A DNA stretch of 64,000 bases from Malacoraja senta (taxonomy: Eukaryota), in contig JAXLNO010000325.1 of the NCBI GenBank assembly GCA_038087875.1, positions 1 to 64,000 of the forward strand. The letters are read 5' to 3'. The position numbers and the translations under genes are program-made. The notes under the pieces are model-generated. The model was not told where the DNA came from, did no database searches, and saw nothing but the letters and a program-made list of their open reading frames with translations. Positions 53,090-64,000 of the stretch are shown here, one piece after another. Positions within the stretch are counted from its first letter, which is position 1. Every line of letters starts with the position of its first letter.

Positions 53090-54515
53090 AAGCAAACTCA
53101 ATGCTAGCTTTTTTTCAAGAGGGCTTGTATACAAAAACAGGGATGTAACGTTAAGGCTCTATAAGGCTCTGGTCAGGCCACATTTGGAATATTGTGAGCA
53201 ATTTTGGGCACCATATCTGAGGAAGGATGTGCTGGCTCTGGAGAGGGTTCAGAGGAGGTTTACAAGAATGATCTCAGGAATGAGTAGGTTAACCTATGAT
53301 CAGTGTTTATCGGCGCTGGGCCTGTACTCGCTGGAGTTTAGATGAATAAGTGGGGACCACATTGAAACGTACAGAATAATGAACGGCTTGGATAGAGTGG
53401 ATGGAGACAGGATGTTTCCACTAGTGGAAGAGTTTAGGACTAGATGTTATAGCCTCAGAATTAAAGGATGTTCATTTAGGAATGTGTTGAGAATACATTT
53501 ATTTGGTCAGAGGGTGGTGAATCTGTGATTTGTTTTGCCACAGAAGGCTGTGGAGGCCACCAGTGGATATACTTAAGGCAGAGATAGATAGATTCTTGAT
53601 TAGCACAGATGTCAGAGGATATGGGGAGAAGGCAGAAGAAAGACTTGCTGGGCCGAAAGTGCTAATTCTACTCCTATTATTATGACCTTATTATATAACC
53701 ATATAACCATATAACCATAACAGCACGGAAACAGGCCATCTCGGCCCTTCAAGTCCGTGCCGAACATTTAAATTTTTTTTTTTTTTTTTTTTTTTAATTT
53801 TATTTTTTTATTTTTTTAATTAAAAATAAAATACTTCCCCCTAGTCCCATCTACCTGCACTCAGACCATAACCCTCCATTCCTTTCCCGTCCATATACCC
53901 ATCCAATCTATTTTTAAAGGATAACATCGAACCTGCCTCCACCACTTCCACTGGAAGCTCATTCCACACAGCTACCACTCTCTGAGTAAAGAAGTTCCCC
54001 CTAATGTTACCCCTAAACTTCTGTCCCTTAATTCTCAAGTCATGTCCCCTTGTTTGAATCTTCCCTACTCTCAATGGGAAAAGCTTATCCACGTCCACTC
54101 TGTCTAACCCGCTCATAATTTTAAAGACCTCAATCAAGTCCCCTCTTAACCTTCTGCGCTCCAAAGAATAAAGACCTAACTTGTTCAACCTTTCTCTGTA
54201 ACTTAGTTGCTGAAACCCAGGCAACATTCTAGTAAATCTCCTCTGTACTCTCTCTATTTTGTTGACATCCTTCCTATAATTAGGTGACCAAAATTGTACT
54301 CCATACTCCAGAATTGGCCTCACCAATGCCTTGTACAATTTTAACATTACATCCCAACTTCTATATTCAATGCTCTGATTTATAAAGGCCAGCACACCAA
54401 AAGCTTTCTTTACCACCCTATCTACATGAGATTCCACCTTCAGGGAACTATGCACAGTTATTCCTAGATCCCTCTGTTCAACTGCATTCCTCAATTCGCT
54501 ACCATTTACCGTGTA
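53090..54515. mobile_element. Two tail-to-tail CR1 fragments (+ 53090-53690; young - 53693-54515)
   Basis: ORF 53841-54563 is nearly identical to 21536-22273, with an (ATATGGTT)n tail. Confidence 0.88.
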
Positions 54516-55054
54516 AATTATAATCAAGTCAATCTCAAGGACAATATGTGGAGTAAAGTGCAAGATATAGATTGCAGAATGTATCTCTCAGCATTGTAAC
54601 ACATCACTTCCAAAGATGCAGTCTATGGGAACATTGAACATTCATGTGTAATTCATGTTTACAAGGATATGGGTCAAACACAGGCTGGTAGTACGAGTGT
54701 ATGGGGCATGGGCATGGACAAGTTGGGCCAGAGGGCCTGTTTCCATGCTGTATGACTCTATGCCTGAAGCCCCCACCCCCTGCACCAGCTCCTGAGTCAC
54801 CTACTGATCTGCACTGTCTTCCTCTTTCTTGTCTCTTGAACACGGGACACAGGTAGTGTGATCCCTTATCTCCATGTCTCCCTCTCCCCTGACTCTCAGT
54901 CTGAAGAAGGGGCTTGTCCCACTGAGTTACTCCAGCATTTTGTGTCTACCTTCTGTTTAAACCAGCATCTGCAGTTCCTTCTTACACAGAGTGAGATTAT
55001 AAGACTGGAGTTACTTTTTAACCACCTGTCTCACTCCCTGCCTCATCTCCCTCC

Positions 55055-57360
55055 CTACCTGTGTCATTGCTAGTAATATGGACTATTAGCTCTGGCTGCT
55101 CACCTCTCCCTTTCAGAATAGAAACATAGAAACACAGAACATAGGTGCAGGACAAGGCCATTCGGCCCTTGAGCCAGCACCGCCATTCAATATGATCATG
55201 GCTGATCATCCAAAATCAGTACCCCGTTCTTGCTTTCTCCCCATCTCCCTTGATTCCATTAGCCCTAAGAGCTATATCTAACACTCTTGAATACATCAAG
55301 TAAATTGGCCTCCACTGCCTTCTGTGCCAGAGAATTCCACAGATTCACAGCTCTCTGGGTGAGAAAGGTTTTCCTCATCTCAGTCCTGAATTGCCTTCCC
55401 CTTATTCTTAAACTGTGACCCCCCTGGTTCTGGACCCCCCCCCCCCAACATCGGGAACATTTCTCATGCATCAAGCCTGTGCAATCCCTTAAGAAACATA
55501 TATGTATCTTTCATATTCCCTCTCATCCTGAATTCCAGTAAATAGAAGCCCAGTCGATCCATTCTTGCATCATATGTCAGTCTCGCCATCCCGGGAATTA
55601 ACCTGATGAACCTACGCTGCACTCCCTCAATAGCAAGAATGTCCTTCCTCAAATTAGGAGACCATAAAGCACACAATACTCCTGGCGTGTTCTCACCAGG
55701 GCCATGTATACTGCAGTAGGACCAGCCTACTCCTATAGTCAAATCCTCTCGCTATGAAGGCAAACATGCCATTAGCTTTCTTCTCTGCCTGCTGTACCTG
55801 CATCTTTACTTTTAGTGGCTGATGTACAAGGATACCCAGGCCGCGATGCACCTGTCCTTTTCCAAACCTGATACCATTCAGATAATAATCTGCCTTCTTG
55901 TTCTTGTCATCAAAGTGGATAACCTCACATTGATCCACATTATACTGAATCTTCCATGCATCTGCCCACTCACCCAACCTATCCGTCAACCTGCAGCCTC
56001 ATAGCATCCTCCTCGCAGCACACACTGCCACCCAGCTTTGTGTCATATACAAACGGAGATGTTACATTTAATTCCTTTGACTACATTGTTAATATCTATT
56101 GTCAATAACTGGGGTCCCAGCACTGAGCCTTGCGGCACTCCGCTAGTCACTGCCTGCCATTATGAAAAGTACCCAATGTCCTGTGTCCGCTCACATCTGG
56201 CACCAGATAGGCAACACATCGTACTGTAGTCTCGCCCATGGCTGCAGAAACAGCAGAGGCCCCATCACTATTTGAGCAATTTTGAACACCATATCTGAGG
56301 AAGGATATGCTGGCTCTGGAGAGGGTCCAGAGGAGGTTTACAAGAACGATCCCAGGAATGAGTAGGTTAACCTATGATGAGCGTTTGTCGGCACTGGGCC
56401 TGTACTCGCTGGAGTTTAGAAGAATGAGGCGGGACCTCATTGATACGTACAGAATAGTGAAAGGCTTTGATAGAGTGGATGTGGAGAAGATGTTTCCACT
56501 AGTGGTTGAGTCGAGGACAAGAGGGCATAGCCTCAAAATTAAAGGATGTCATGTTGGAAGGAGAGGAGGAGGAATTTCTTCAGTCAGAGGGAGGTGAATC
56601 TGTGGAGTTCTTTGCCACAGAAGGCTGTGGAGGCCAAGTCAGTGGATATTTTTAAGGCATAGGTAGAAACATTCTTGATTAGTACAGAAATCAGGGGTTG
56701 TTGAGGGAGTGCAGCGTAGCTTTACAAGGTTAATTCCCGGGATGGTGGGATTGTCATATGCTGAGAGAATGGAGTGGCTGGGCTTGTATACTCTGGGATT
56801 TAGAAGGATGAGAGGTGATATTATTGAAACATACAAGATTATTAAGAGTTTGGACATGCTAGAGGCTGAAAACACATTCCCGATGTTGGGGGAGTCCAGA
56901 ACCTGGGAAAAAGGGAAGTGCAACGAGACCTGGATGTCCTTGTGCATCAGTCACTGAAAGTACAGATGTGGGTACAACAGGCAGTGGAGAAAGCGAATGA
57001 AATGTTGGCCTTCATAACAAGAGGATTTGAGTACAGGAGTAAAGAGGTCCTTCTGCAGTTGGACAGGGCCCTGGTGAGACCATATCTGGAGTATTATGTG
57101 AAATTTGGTCTCCTAATTTGAAGAAAGACATCCTTGCTATTGAGGCAGTGCAGCGTAGGTTCACGCGGTGAAGACGGAGATGAGAAAAAACTTCACCCAG
57201 AGAGTTGTGAATTTGTGGAATTCTCTGCCACAGAAGGCAGCAGAGGCCAATTCACCGGATGCATTTAAAATAGTTAGATAGAGCTCTTGGGGCTAGCGGA
57301 ATCAAGGGGTATGGGGAGAACGCAGGCACGGGTTACTGATTGTGGATGATCAGCCATGAT
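55055..57360. mobile_element. CR1 fragments (- 55120-56170; + 56265-57360) flanking a short unique island
   Basis: Several CR1 ORF2 peptide fragments in the ORF track. Confidence 0.85.
56173..56255 (-). pseudogene. Possible Kazal/follistatin-type domain remnant (inverted second copy at 62982-63063)
   Basis: The minus frame reads SHGRDYSTMCCLSGARCERTQDI, matching the spacing of the Kazal S-D-G-x-x-Y-x-x-x-C-x6-C segment. The match is short and was made by eye. Confidence 0.3.
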
Positions 57361-57792
57361 TGCAATGAGGTTCAGCCACATGGGTGGTCATCAGAAGAGG
57401 CAGCGGGTAGTGCAGAACTCTCCGTGGCTCTCCCCCTCTCCTACTGCCTTCTGTATACTATTGGGGTGACGGCCCCTCGGGGGAATATTGCAGCAGCAGT
57501 AGGGACAGGGTGACCAATTCTGGCTCTGTTGGACAGCAGGGGAGGTGGGGGAATGTGGAGGAGTGGGGAGAGAGTGTGGAGGAGTGTGGGGATAGAGAGG
57601 GGGTGTGGGGAGAGAGAGGGGGAGGTGTGTGGGGATAGAGAGGGGGAGTGGGGAGAGAGAGTGGGAGAAGTGTGGGGATAGAGAGGGGGAGTGGGGAGAG
57701 AGAGTGGATGTGGGGATAGAGAGGGGGTGTGGGGAGAGAGGGGGAGGAGCGTGGGGATAGAGAGGGGGAGTGGGGAGAGAGAGTGGGAGGAG

Positions 57793-58005
57793 CAGGCCCG
57801 TACGAAGCTTTTCAACAAGGGGGGTGACATGACAGGATTACAACAAATGTAATGTGAACTAATCTGCGCGCTGCACACATCACGAGCGCGAAGCGTGAAG
57901 TCCCTCGATGCCGGGGTCCTGGAACCTCAGGGGGTTTTAGATGCTCTGATGCATTCTGAGCCTTATTTTGGAGCATTTTTGCACCAAATGTACGACCAAT
58001 ATTTC
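57793..58005 (+). mobile_element. Possible hAT-type MITE left end
   Basis: Starts CAGGCCCGTA directly after a GA tract. No right end or TSD is visible. Confidence 0.35.
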
Positions 58006-58544
58006 AGAAATTAACAGGAATCTGAGGTAAGTTCTTCACATAGAGGGTGGTGGGTGTATGGAACAAGCTGCCAGAGGATGATGAGTTATGATAATGATAT
58101 GCAAATATCTTGCCCTTTGTATCAGCTGACGTGAAGGACAGATCGGGTGAGCGCTGTGTAAGCAGGGTGTGGGCAGGAGGCCATGGCCCGGGGAGATAAT
58201 AAACACAGAGACAAAGGAATGTGACCTGTAAATATTGTGTCAGTATTATTATTCCACATCTTAGGTGAAGATGTGACAGGTGTGTGGGGATAGAGAGGGG
58301 GAGGAGTGAGGGGGGAGAGGGGGGTGTGTGGGGATAGAGAGGGGGAGGAGTGAGGGGGGAGAGGGGGGTGTGTGGGGATAGAGAATGGGAGAAGTGTGGG
58401 GAGAGAGAATGGGAGAAGTGTGGGAAGAGAGATTGGGAGTAGTGTGGGGAGAGAGATGTAGTTTGTAGAGAAATGTTAGGAGCGTCTGGAGAGAGGGGGT
58501 GTGTGAGGAAAGAGAGGGAGTGCGGAGAGAGAGGGTGGGAGGGT

Positions 58545-61500
58545 AGAAAATAGGTGAAGGAGGCCATTCGGCCCTTCGAGCCAGCACCGCCTTTCATTGT
58601 GATGGCTGATCATCTACAATCAGTAACCCATGCCTGCCTTCTCCCCATATCCTTTGATTCCGCTAGCCCCAAGAGCTCTATCTAACTCTCTTTTAAATGC
58701 ATCCGGTGAATTGGCATCCACTGCCTTCAGTGGCAGAGAATTCCACAAATTCACAACTCTCTGGGTGAAAAAGTTGTTTCTCATCTCAGTTTTAAATGGC
58801 CTCCCATTTATTATTTGACTGTGGCCCCTGGTTCTGGACTCCCCCATCATTGGGAACATTTTTGCTGCATCTAGCTTGTCCAGTCCTTTTATAATTTTAT
58901 ATGTTTCTATAAAATCCCCTCTCATCTTTCTAAATTCCAGTGAATACAAGCCCAGTCTTTCCAATCTTTCTTCATATGACAGTCCCGCCATCCCAGGGAT
59001 TAACCTGGAGAACCTACGCTGCACTCCCTCAATAGCAAGGATGTCCTCAATTGCACACATCATCCCAGATGTGGTCTCGTTTCACTTCCCTTTTCCCTAA
59101 TCTGACACAATTGAGATAACAATCTGCCCCCTTGTTCTTGCCTCAAAGTGAAGAACCTCACATTTATCTGTATTATACTGCATCTGCCATGCATCCGCCC
59201 ACTCACGTTACTTGTCCAAGTCACCCTGCAACCTCCTCGCATCCTCTTCACAGTTCACACTGCCACTCAGCTTTGTGTCATCTGCAAATTTGCTAGTGTT
59301 ACTTTTAATCCCATCATCTAAACCATTAATATATATTGTAAATAGTTGCGGCCTCAGCACCGAGCCTTGCGGCACTCCACTCGCCATGGCCTGCCATTCT
59401 GACAGGGACCCGTTTATTCCTACACTTTGTTTCCTGTCTGCCAACCAATTCTCTATCCATGTCAATACCCCCAATACCATGTGCTCTCATTTTGCCCACT
59501 AATCTCCTGTGTGGGACTTTATCAAACGTTTTCTGAAAGTCCAGAGACACTACATCCACTGGCTCTCCTTCATCAATTTTACTTGTCACATCCTCAAAAA
59601 ATCCAGAAGATTAGTCAAGCAGGAATTCCCCATCATAAGTCCATGCTAACTTGGACCAATCCTTTTACTGTTATCCAAATGTGCCGTTATTACTTATTTA
59701 ATGATTGACTCCAGCATCTTCCCCACCACCGATGTCAGGCTAACTGGTCTATAATTCCTCATTTTCTCTCTCGCTCCTTTCTTGATAACATTACCTACCC
59801 TCTAAACCACCGGAACTGATCCTGAATCTATAGAACATTTGGAAAATGATCACCAATGAGTCCACAATTTCCAGAGCCACCACCTTGAGTACCCTGGGAT
59901 GCAGAACATCAGGCCCTGGGGATTCATCAGCCTTCACTCCCATCAGTCTACCCAATATGGGAGGTACACAAAAATGCTGCAGAAACTCAGCGGGTGCAGC
60001 AGCATCTATGGAGCGAAGGAGATAGGCAACGTTTCGGGCCAAAACCCTTCCAGCTCAAGTCTACCCAATATTATTTCTCGCCTAGTGCAAATTTCTTTCA
60101 GTTCCTCTGCCTCCCGAGATCCTCTGTCCTCTAGTACATCTGGGAGATCTGTTTGTGTCTTCCTTAGTGAAGACAGAACCAAAGTACCTGTTCAACTCTT
60201 CTGCCATTTCCTTGTTGCCCATAATAATTTCACATGTTTCTGCCTTCAAGGGACCCACATTTGTCTTTACTAATCCTTTTCCCTTAACATATCTAAAGAA
60301 GCTTTTACAATCCTACTTTATATTCCTGGCCAGCTTCCCTTCGTACTTCATCTTTTCAGCCCGTATTGCCCGTTTTGTTTCCTTCTGTTGTCCTATGAAA
60401 GTTTCCCAATCCTCTGGCTTCCGGCTACTCTTTGCTGTGTTATACATCTTTTCTTTTAGTTTTATTCCATCCCTAACTTCCCTTGTCAGCCACGTCTCTT
60501 ACTCCCCTTAGAATCTTTCTTCCTCTTTGGAATGAAATGATCCTGCGTCTTCCGGATTATGCCCAGAAATTCCTGCCATTTCTGTTCCACCGTCATTCCT
60601 GCTAGGATCCCTTTCCAGTCTACTTTGGCCAGCTCCCCTCTCATGCCTTCATAGTCCCCTTTGTTCAACTGCATCACTGCCACTTCTGATTTAACCTTCT
60701 CACTCTCAAATTGCAGATTGAAACTTATCATATTATGATCACTACCTCCAAGCGGTTCCTTTACCTCGAGTTCCCTTATTAAATCTGGTTCATTGGACAA
60801 CACTAAATCCAGAATTGCCTTTTCTCTGGTCGGCTCCATTACAAGCTGCTCTAAGAATCCATGTCGGAGACATTCTACAAACTCTGTTTCTTGGGGTCCA
60901 GAACCAACCTGATTTTCCCAGTCTACCTGCATATTGACATCTCCCATCACCACAGTGGCATTACCTTTGTTACATGCCAGTTTTAAGTCCTGCTGCAACT
61001 TGTACCCTATATCCACGCTACTGTTTGGGGCCCTGTAGATAACTCCCATTAGTGCGTTCTTACCTTTACAATTCCGCAATTCTATCCACAGAGACTCTAC
61101 ATCGTCAGTCCCTATGTGACCCCTCGCAAGGGACTGAATTTCATCCCTCATCAATAGAGCTACCCCCTCCTCTGCCCACCAGCCTGTCCTTTCTATAGGA
61201 CGTATAACTTTGAATATTCAGTTCCCAGTCCCGATCCTCCTGCAGCCACGTCTCAGTAATCCCCACAATGTCATATCTACCAATCTCTAACTGAGCCTCA
61301 AGCTCATCTACTTTACTTCTTATACTTTGCGCATTCATATATACTTTTAATCCATTACTCACCTCACCTTTCACATCGATCCCTATTACACTTGGCCATA
61401 CTCTCCTATCCCTTCGTGAGCTTTCTGCCCCGTTAATTCTGGTGTCTTTCTTAACCTTTCCTATATTCTCTTTCCCTTTAACTCCATCCTTGTATTTCCA

Positions 61501-62080
61501 ATTTGTCTCCCCCCCACTATTTACTTTAAACCCCCCCGTGTAGCAGTGGCAAACCTGCCTGCCACAATGCCGGTCCCCCGCCAGTTAAGGGGTAACCCGT
61601 CCCTTTTGTACGATTCACCCTTACCCCAAAACAGATCCCATGGGCTAAGAATACAAATCCCTGCCCCCTGCACCAGCTCCTCAGCCACACCTTCAGATCC
61701 CCTATCTCCCTGTTCCTGCCCTCTGCAGCACGAGGAACTGGAAGCAAACCGGAGATAACCACCCTGGAGATCCTGCTTTTCAGCCTTCTTCCGAGCTCTC
61801 TAAAGTCACGCTGCAGAATCTCTTTCCTCTTCTTCCCGACATCATTTGTGCCGACATGTACTACCACTTCCGGCTGTTCACCTTCACCCTTGAGGATGCC
61901 CTGTAATTGGTCCGTGACGTCCTGGATCCTGGCACCAAGGAGGCAACACACCATCTTTGAATCCCGCCTGTTGCTGCAGAAACCCCTGTCTGTACCTCTC
62001 ACAATGGAGTTCCCGACAACCACGGCTCTGCCTGATGTCTGTCTCTTCGGCTTTGTTTCAGCGCCACGTTTAAACTCGCA
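58545..62080 (-). mobile_element. Near-full-length degraded CR1 LINE (SGNH-esterase ORF1, ORF2 endonuclease plus RT, 3'UTR)
   Basis: ORF1 motifs VVVGNSIVRG, VHVGTND, VVISGLLPVPR. ORF2 motifs NAQSI, GITETW, SDHN, GVPQG, FADD. A PLE-derived insert at 59959-60057 is flanked by a duplicated AGTCTACCCAATAT. Confidence 0.9.
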
Positions 62081-62414
62081 GACTGTGGGGAGAGAGAAGG
62101 TGCAGGTGTGTGGGGGGAGAGAGAGGGGTTGCGGAGACAGAGGGCGGGAGAAGTGTGGGGAAGGAAGGAGAGGACTGTGGGGAGAGAGAGGGTGCAGGTG
62201 TGTGGAGAGGGAGTGGGGAGAGAGTCGGGGAGGAATGAAGGAAGAGAGGGGAGGAGAGTGGGGAGAGAGGGAACGTGTGGGGAGAGAGAGGGAGAGTGTG
62301 GAGATGGGAGAGGAGTGGGGAGAAAGAGGAGGAGGTTTGAGGGAGCGGGTAAGGCGAGCGATAGAGACAGAGGTCGAGGGAAGAGTGCGAGAGGTGGAGG
62401 GCAGTGAGGAGCAT

Positions 62415-63795
62415 GTGGTCATAAGGTCATCCGTGATAGGAGTAGAATTAGGCCATTCGGCCCATCGACTACTCTGCCACTCAATCATTGCTGATCTATT
62501 TCTCCCTCCTAACCCCAATCTCCCGCCTTCTCCCCATAACCCCTGACCCCGTACTAATCAAAAATCTTTCTACCTATGCCTTAAAATATCCACTGAGCTG
62601 GCCTCCACAGCCTTCTCTGGCAAAGAATTCCACAGATTCACCTCCCTCTGACTGAAGAAATTCCTTCTCCTCTCCTTCCAACATGAACATCCTTTAATTC
62701 TGAGGCTACGCCCTCTAGTCCTCGACTCAACCACTAGTGGAAACATCTGCTCCACATCCACTCTATCAAAGCCTTTCACTATTCTGTACGTTTCAATGAG
62801 GTCCCGCCTCATTCTTCTAAACTCCAGCGAGTACAGGCCCAGTGCCGACAAACGCTCATCATAGGTTAACCTACTCATTCCTGGGATCATTCTTGTAAAC
62901 CTCCTCTGGACCCTCTCCAGAGCCAGCCTATCCTTCCTCAGATATGGTGTCCAAAATTGCTCAAATAGTGATGGGGACTCTGCTGTTTCTGCGGCCATGG
63001 GCGAGACTACAGTACGATGTGTTGCCTATCTGGTGCCAGATCTGAGCGGACACAGGACATTGGGTACTTTTCATAATGGCAGGCAGTGACTAGCGGAGTG
63101 CCGCAAGGCTCAGTGCTGGGACCCCAGTTATTGACAATAGATATTAACAATGTAGTCAAAGGAATTAAATGTAACATCTCCGTTTGTATATGACACAAAG
63201 CTGGGTGGCAGTGTGTGCTGCGAGGAGGATGCTATGAGGCTGCAGGTTGATGGATAGGTTGGGTGAGTGGGCAGATGCATGGAAGATTCAGTATAATGTG
63301 GATCAATGTGAGGTTATCCACTTTGGTGGTAAGAACAAGAAGGCAGGTACAGCAGGCAGTGAAGAAAGCTAATGGCATGTTGGCCTTCATAACAAGAGGA
63401 TTTTAGTATAGGAGCAAGGAGGTCCAACTGCAGTTGTACAGGGCACTGGTGAGACCACACCTGGAGTATTGTGTACAGTTTTGGTCTCCCTAATTTCTGT
63501 AAGGACATTATTGCTATAGAGGGAATGCAGCGTAGGTTCACCAGCTTAATTCCCGGGATGGCGCGACTGACATATGATGAAAGAATTGATCGACTGGGCT
63601 TATATCCACTGGCATTTAGAAGGATTAGAGGGGATCTTATAGATACATATAAAATTCTTAAGGGATTGGACAGTCTAGATGCAGGAAAAATGTTCCCAAT
63701 GTTGGAGGAGTCGCAGTTTAAGAACAAGGGGTCGGCCATTTAGGACTGAGATGAGGAAAACTTTTTCCACCCAAAGAGTTGTGAATCTGTGGAAT
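62415..63795. repeat. Inverted segmental copy of the CR1/unique-island composite
   Basis: ORF 63007-63198 (-) differs by one residue from 56038-56229 (+). 63440-63795 is the reverse complement of about 41705-42080. Confidence 0.9.
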
Positions 63796-64000
63796 TTTAC
63801 TTCGGAGTCACGTGAGTGACTACGTGAAGAAGAGCCCGTCCAGCCGCACACGCGTCATATCGGTGTATGTGGTCCAGAGACCTTTCATTGCGCATTGTCG
63901 CCCATTTTATACGCAGATTCCCTTTTTATTATTTTTTAAAAGAAGCACCTTATTTATTATAAACAAAGATAATAATGATCTAACATAGAAGGCTAAGAGA

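Noticed and set aside
61526..62518. Host SGNH/GDSL esterase gene
   Set aside because: It is CR1 ORF1, directly upstream of CR1 ORF2. The N-terminal half of the ORF is low-complexity read-through.

Overview
This is eukaryotic, repeat-dominated genomic DNA. It is very probably from a cartilaginous fish (skate/ray-like), which I infer from the abundant CR1 LINEs with 8-bp tandem 3' tails and the Penelope-derived short elements. No intact host protein-coding gene is recognisable, and most long ORFs in the track are low-complexity artefacts or retroelement fragments. Main contents: a 6.2-kb polypyrimidine tract; a G-rich minisatellite; a compact CpG promoter-like cluster (YY1, CRE and ZNF143/THAP11 motifs) at about 7.4-7.5 kb; a near-complete Rex1/Babar-type LINE; a 5'-truncated L1 with a TSD; a near-full-length CR1 (esterase ORF1 plus ORF2); L2/Crack-type fragments; Penelope GIY-YIG fragments with minimal hammerhead-ribozyme motifs; and a 1041-bp TIR element with a 7-bp TSD. 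From about 10.7 to 63.8 kb the window is a mosaic of local direct and inverted segmental duplications, so several insertions can be compared with empty paralogous sites. The few non-repeat islands carry short splice-flanked cassettes, and one resembles a Kazal domain. These may be remnants of a duplicated, micro-exon-rich gene, but that is inference and not established. I cannot support a claim of a wholly new biological system.
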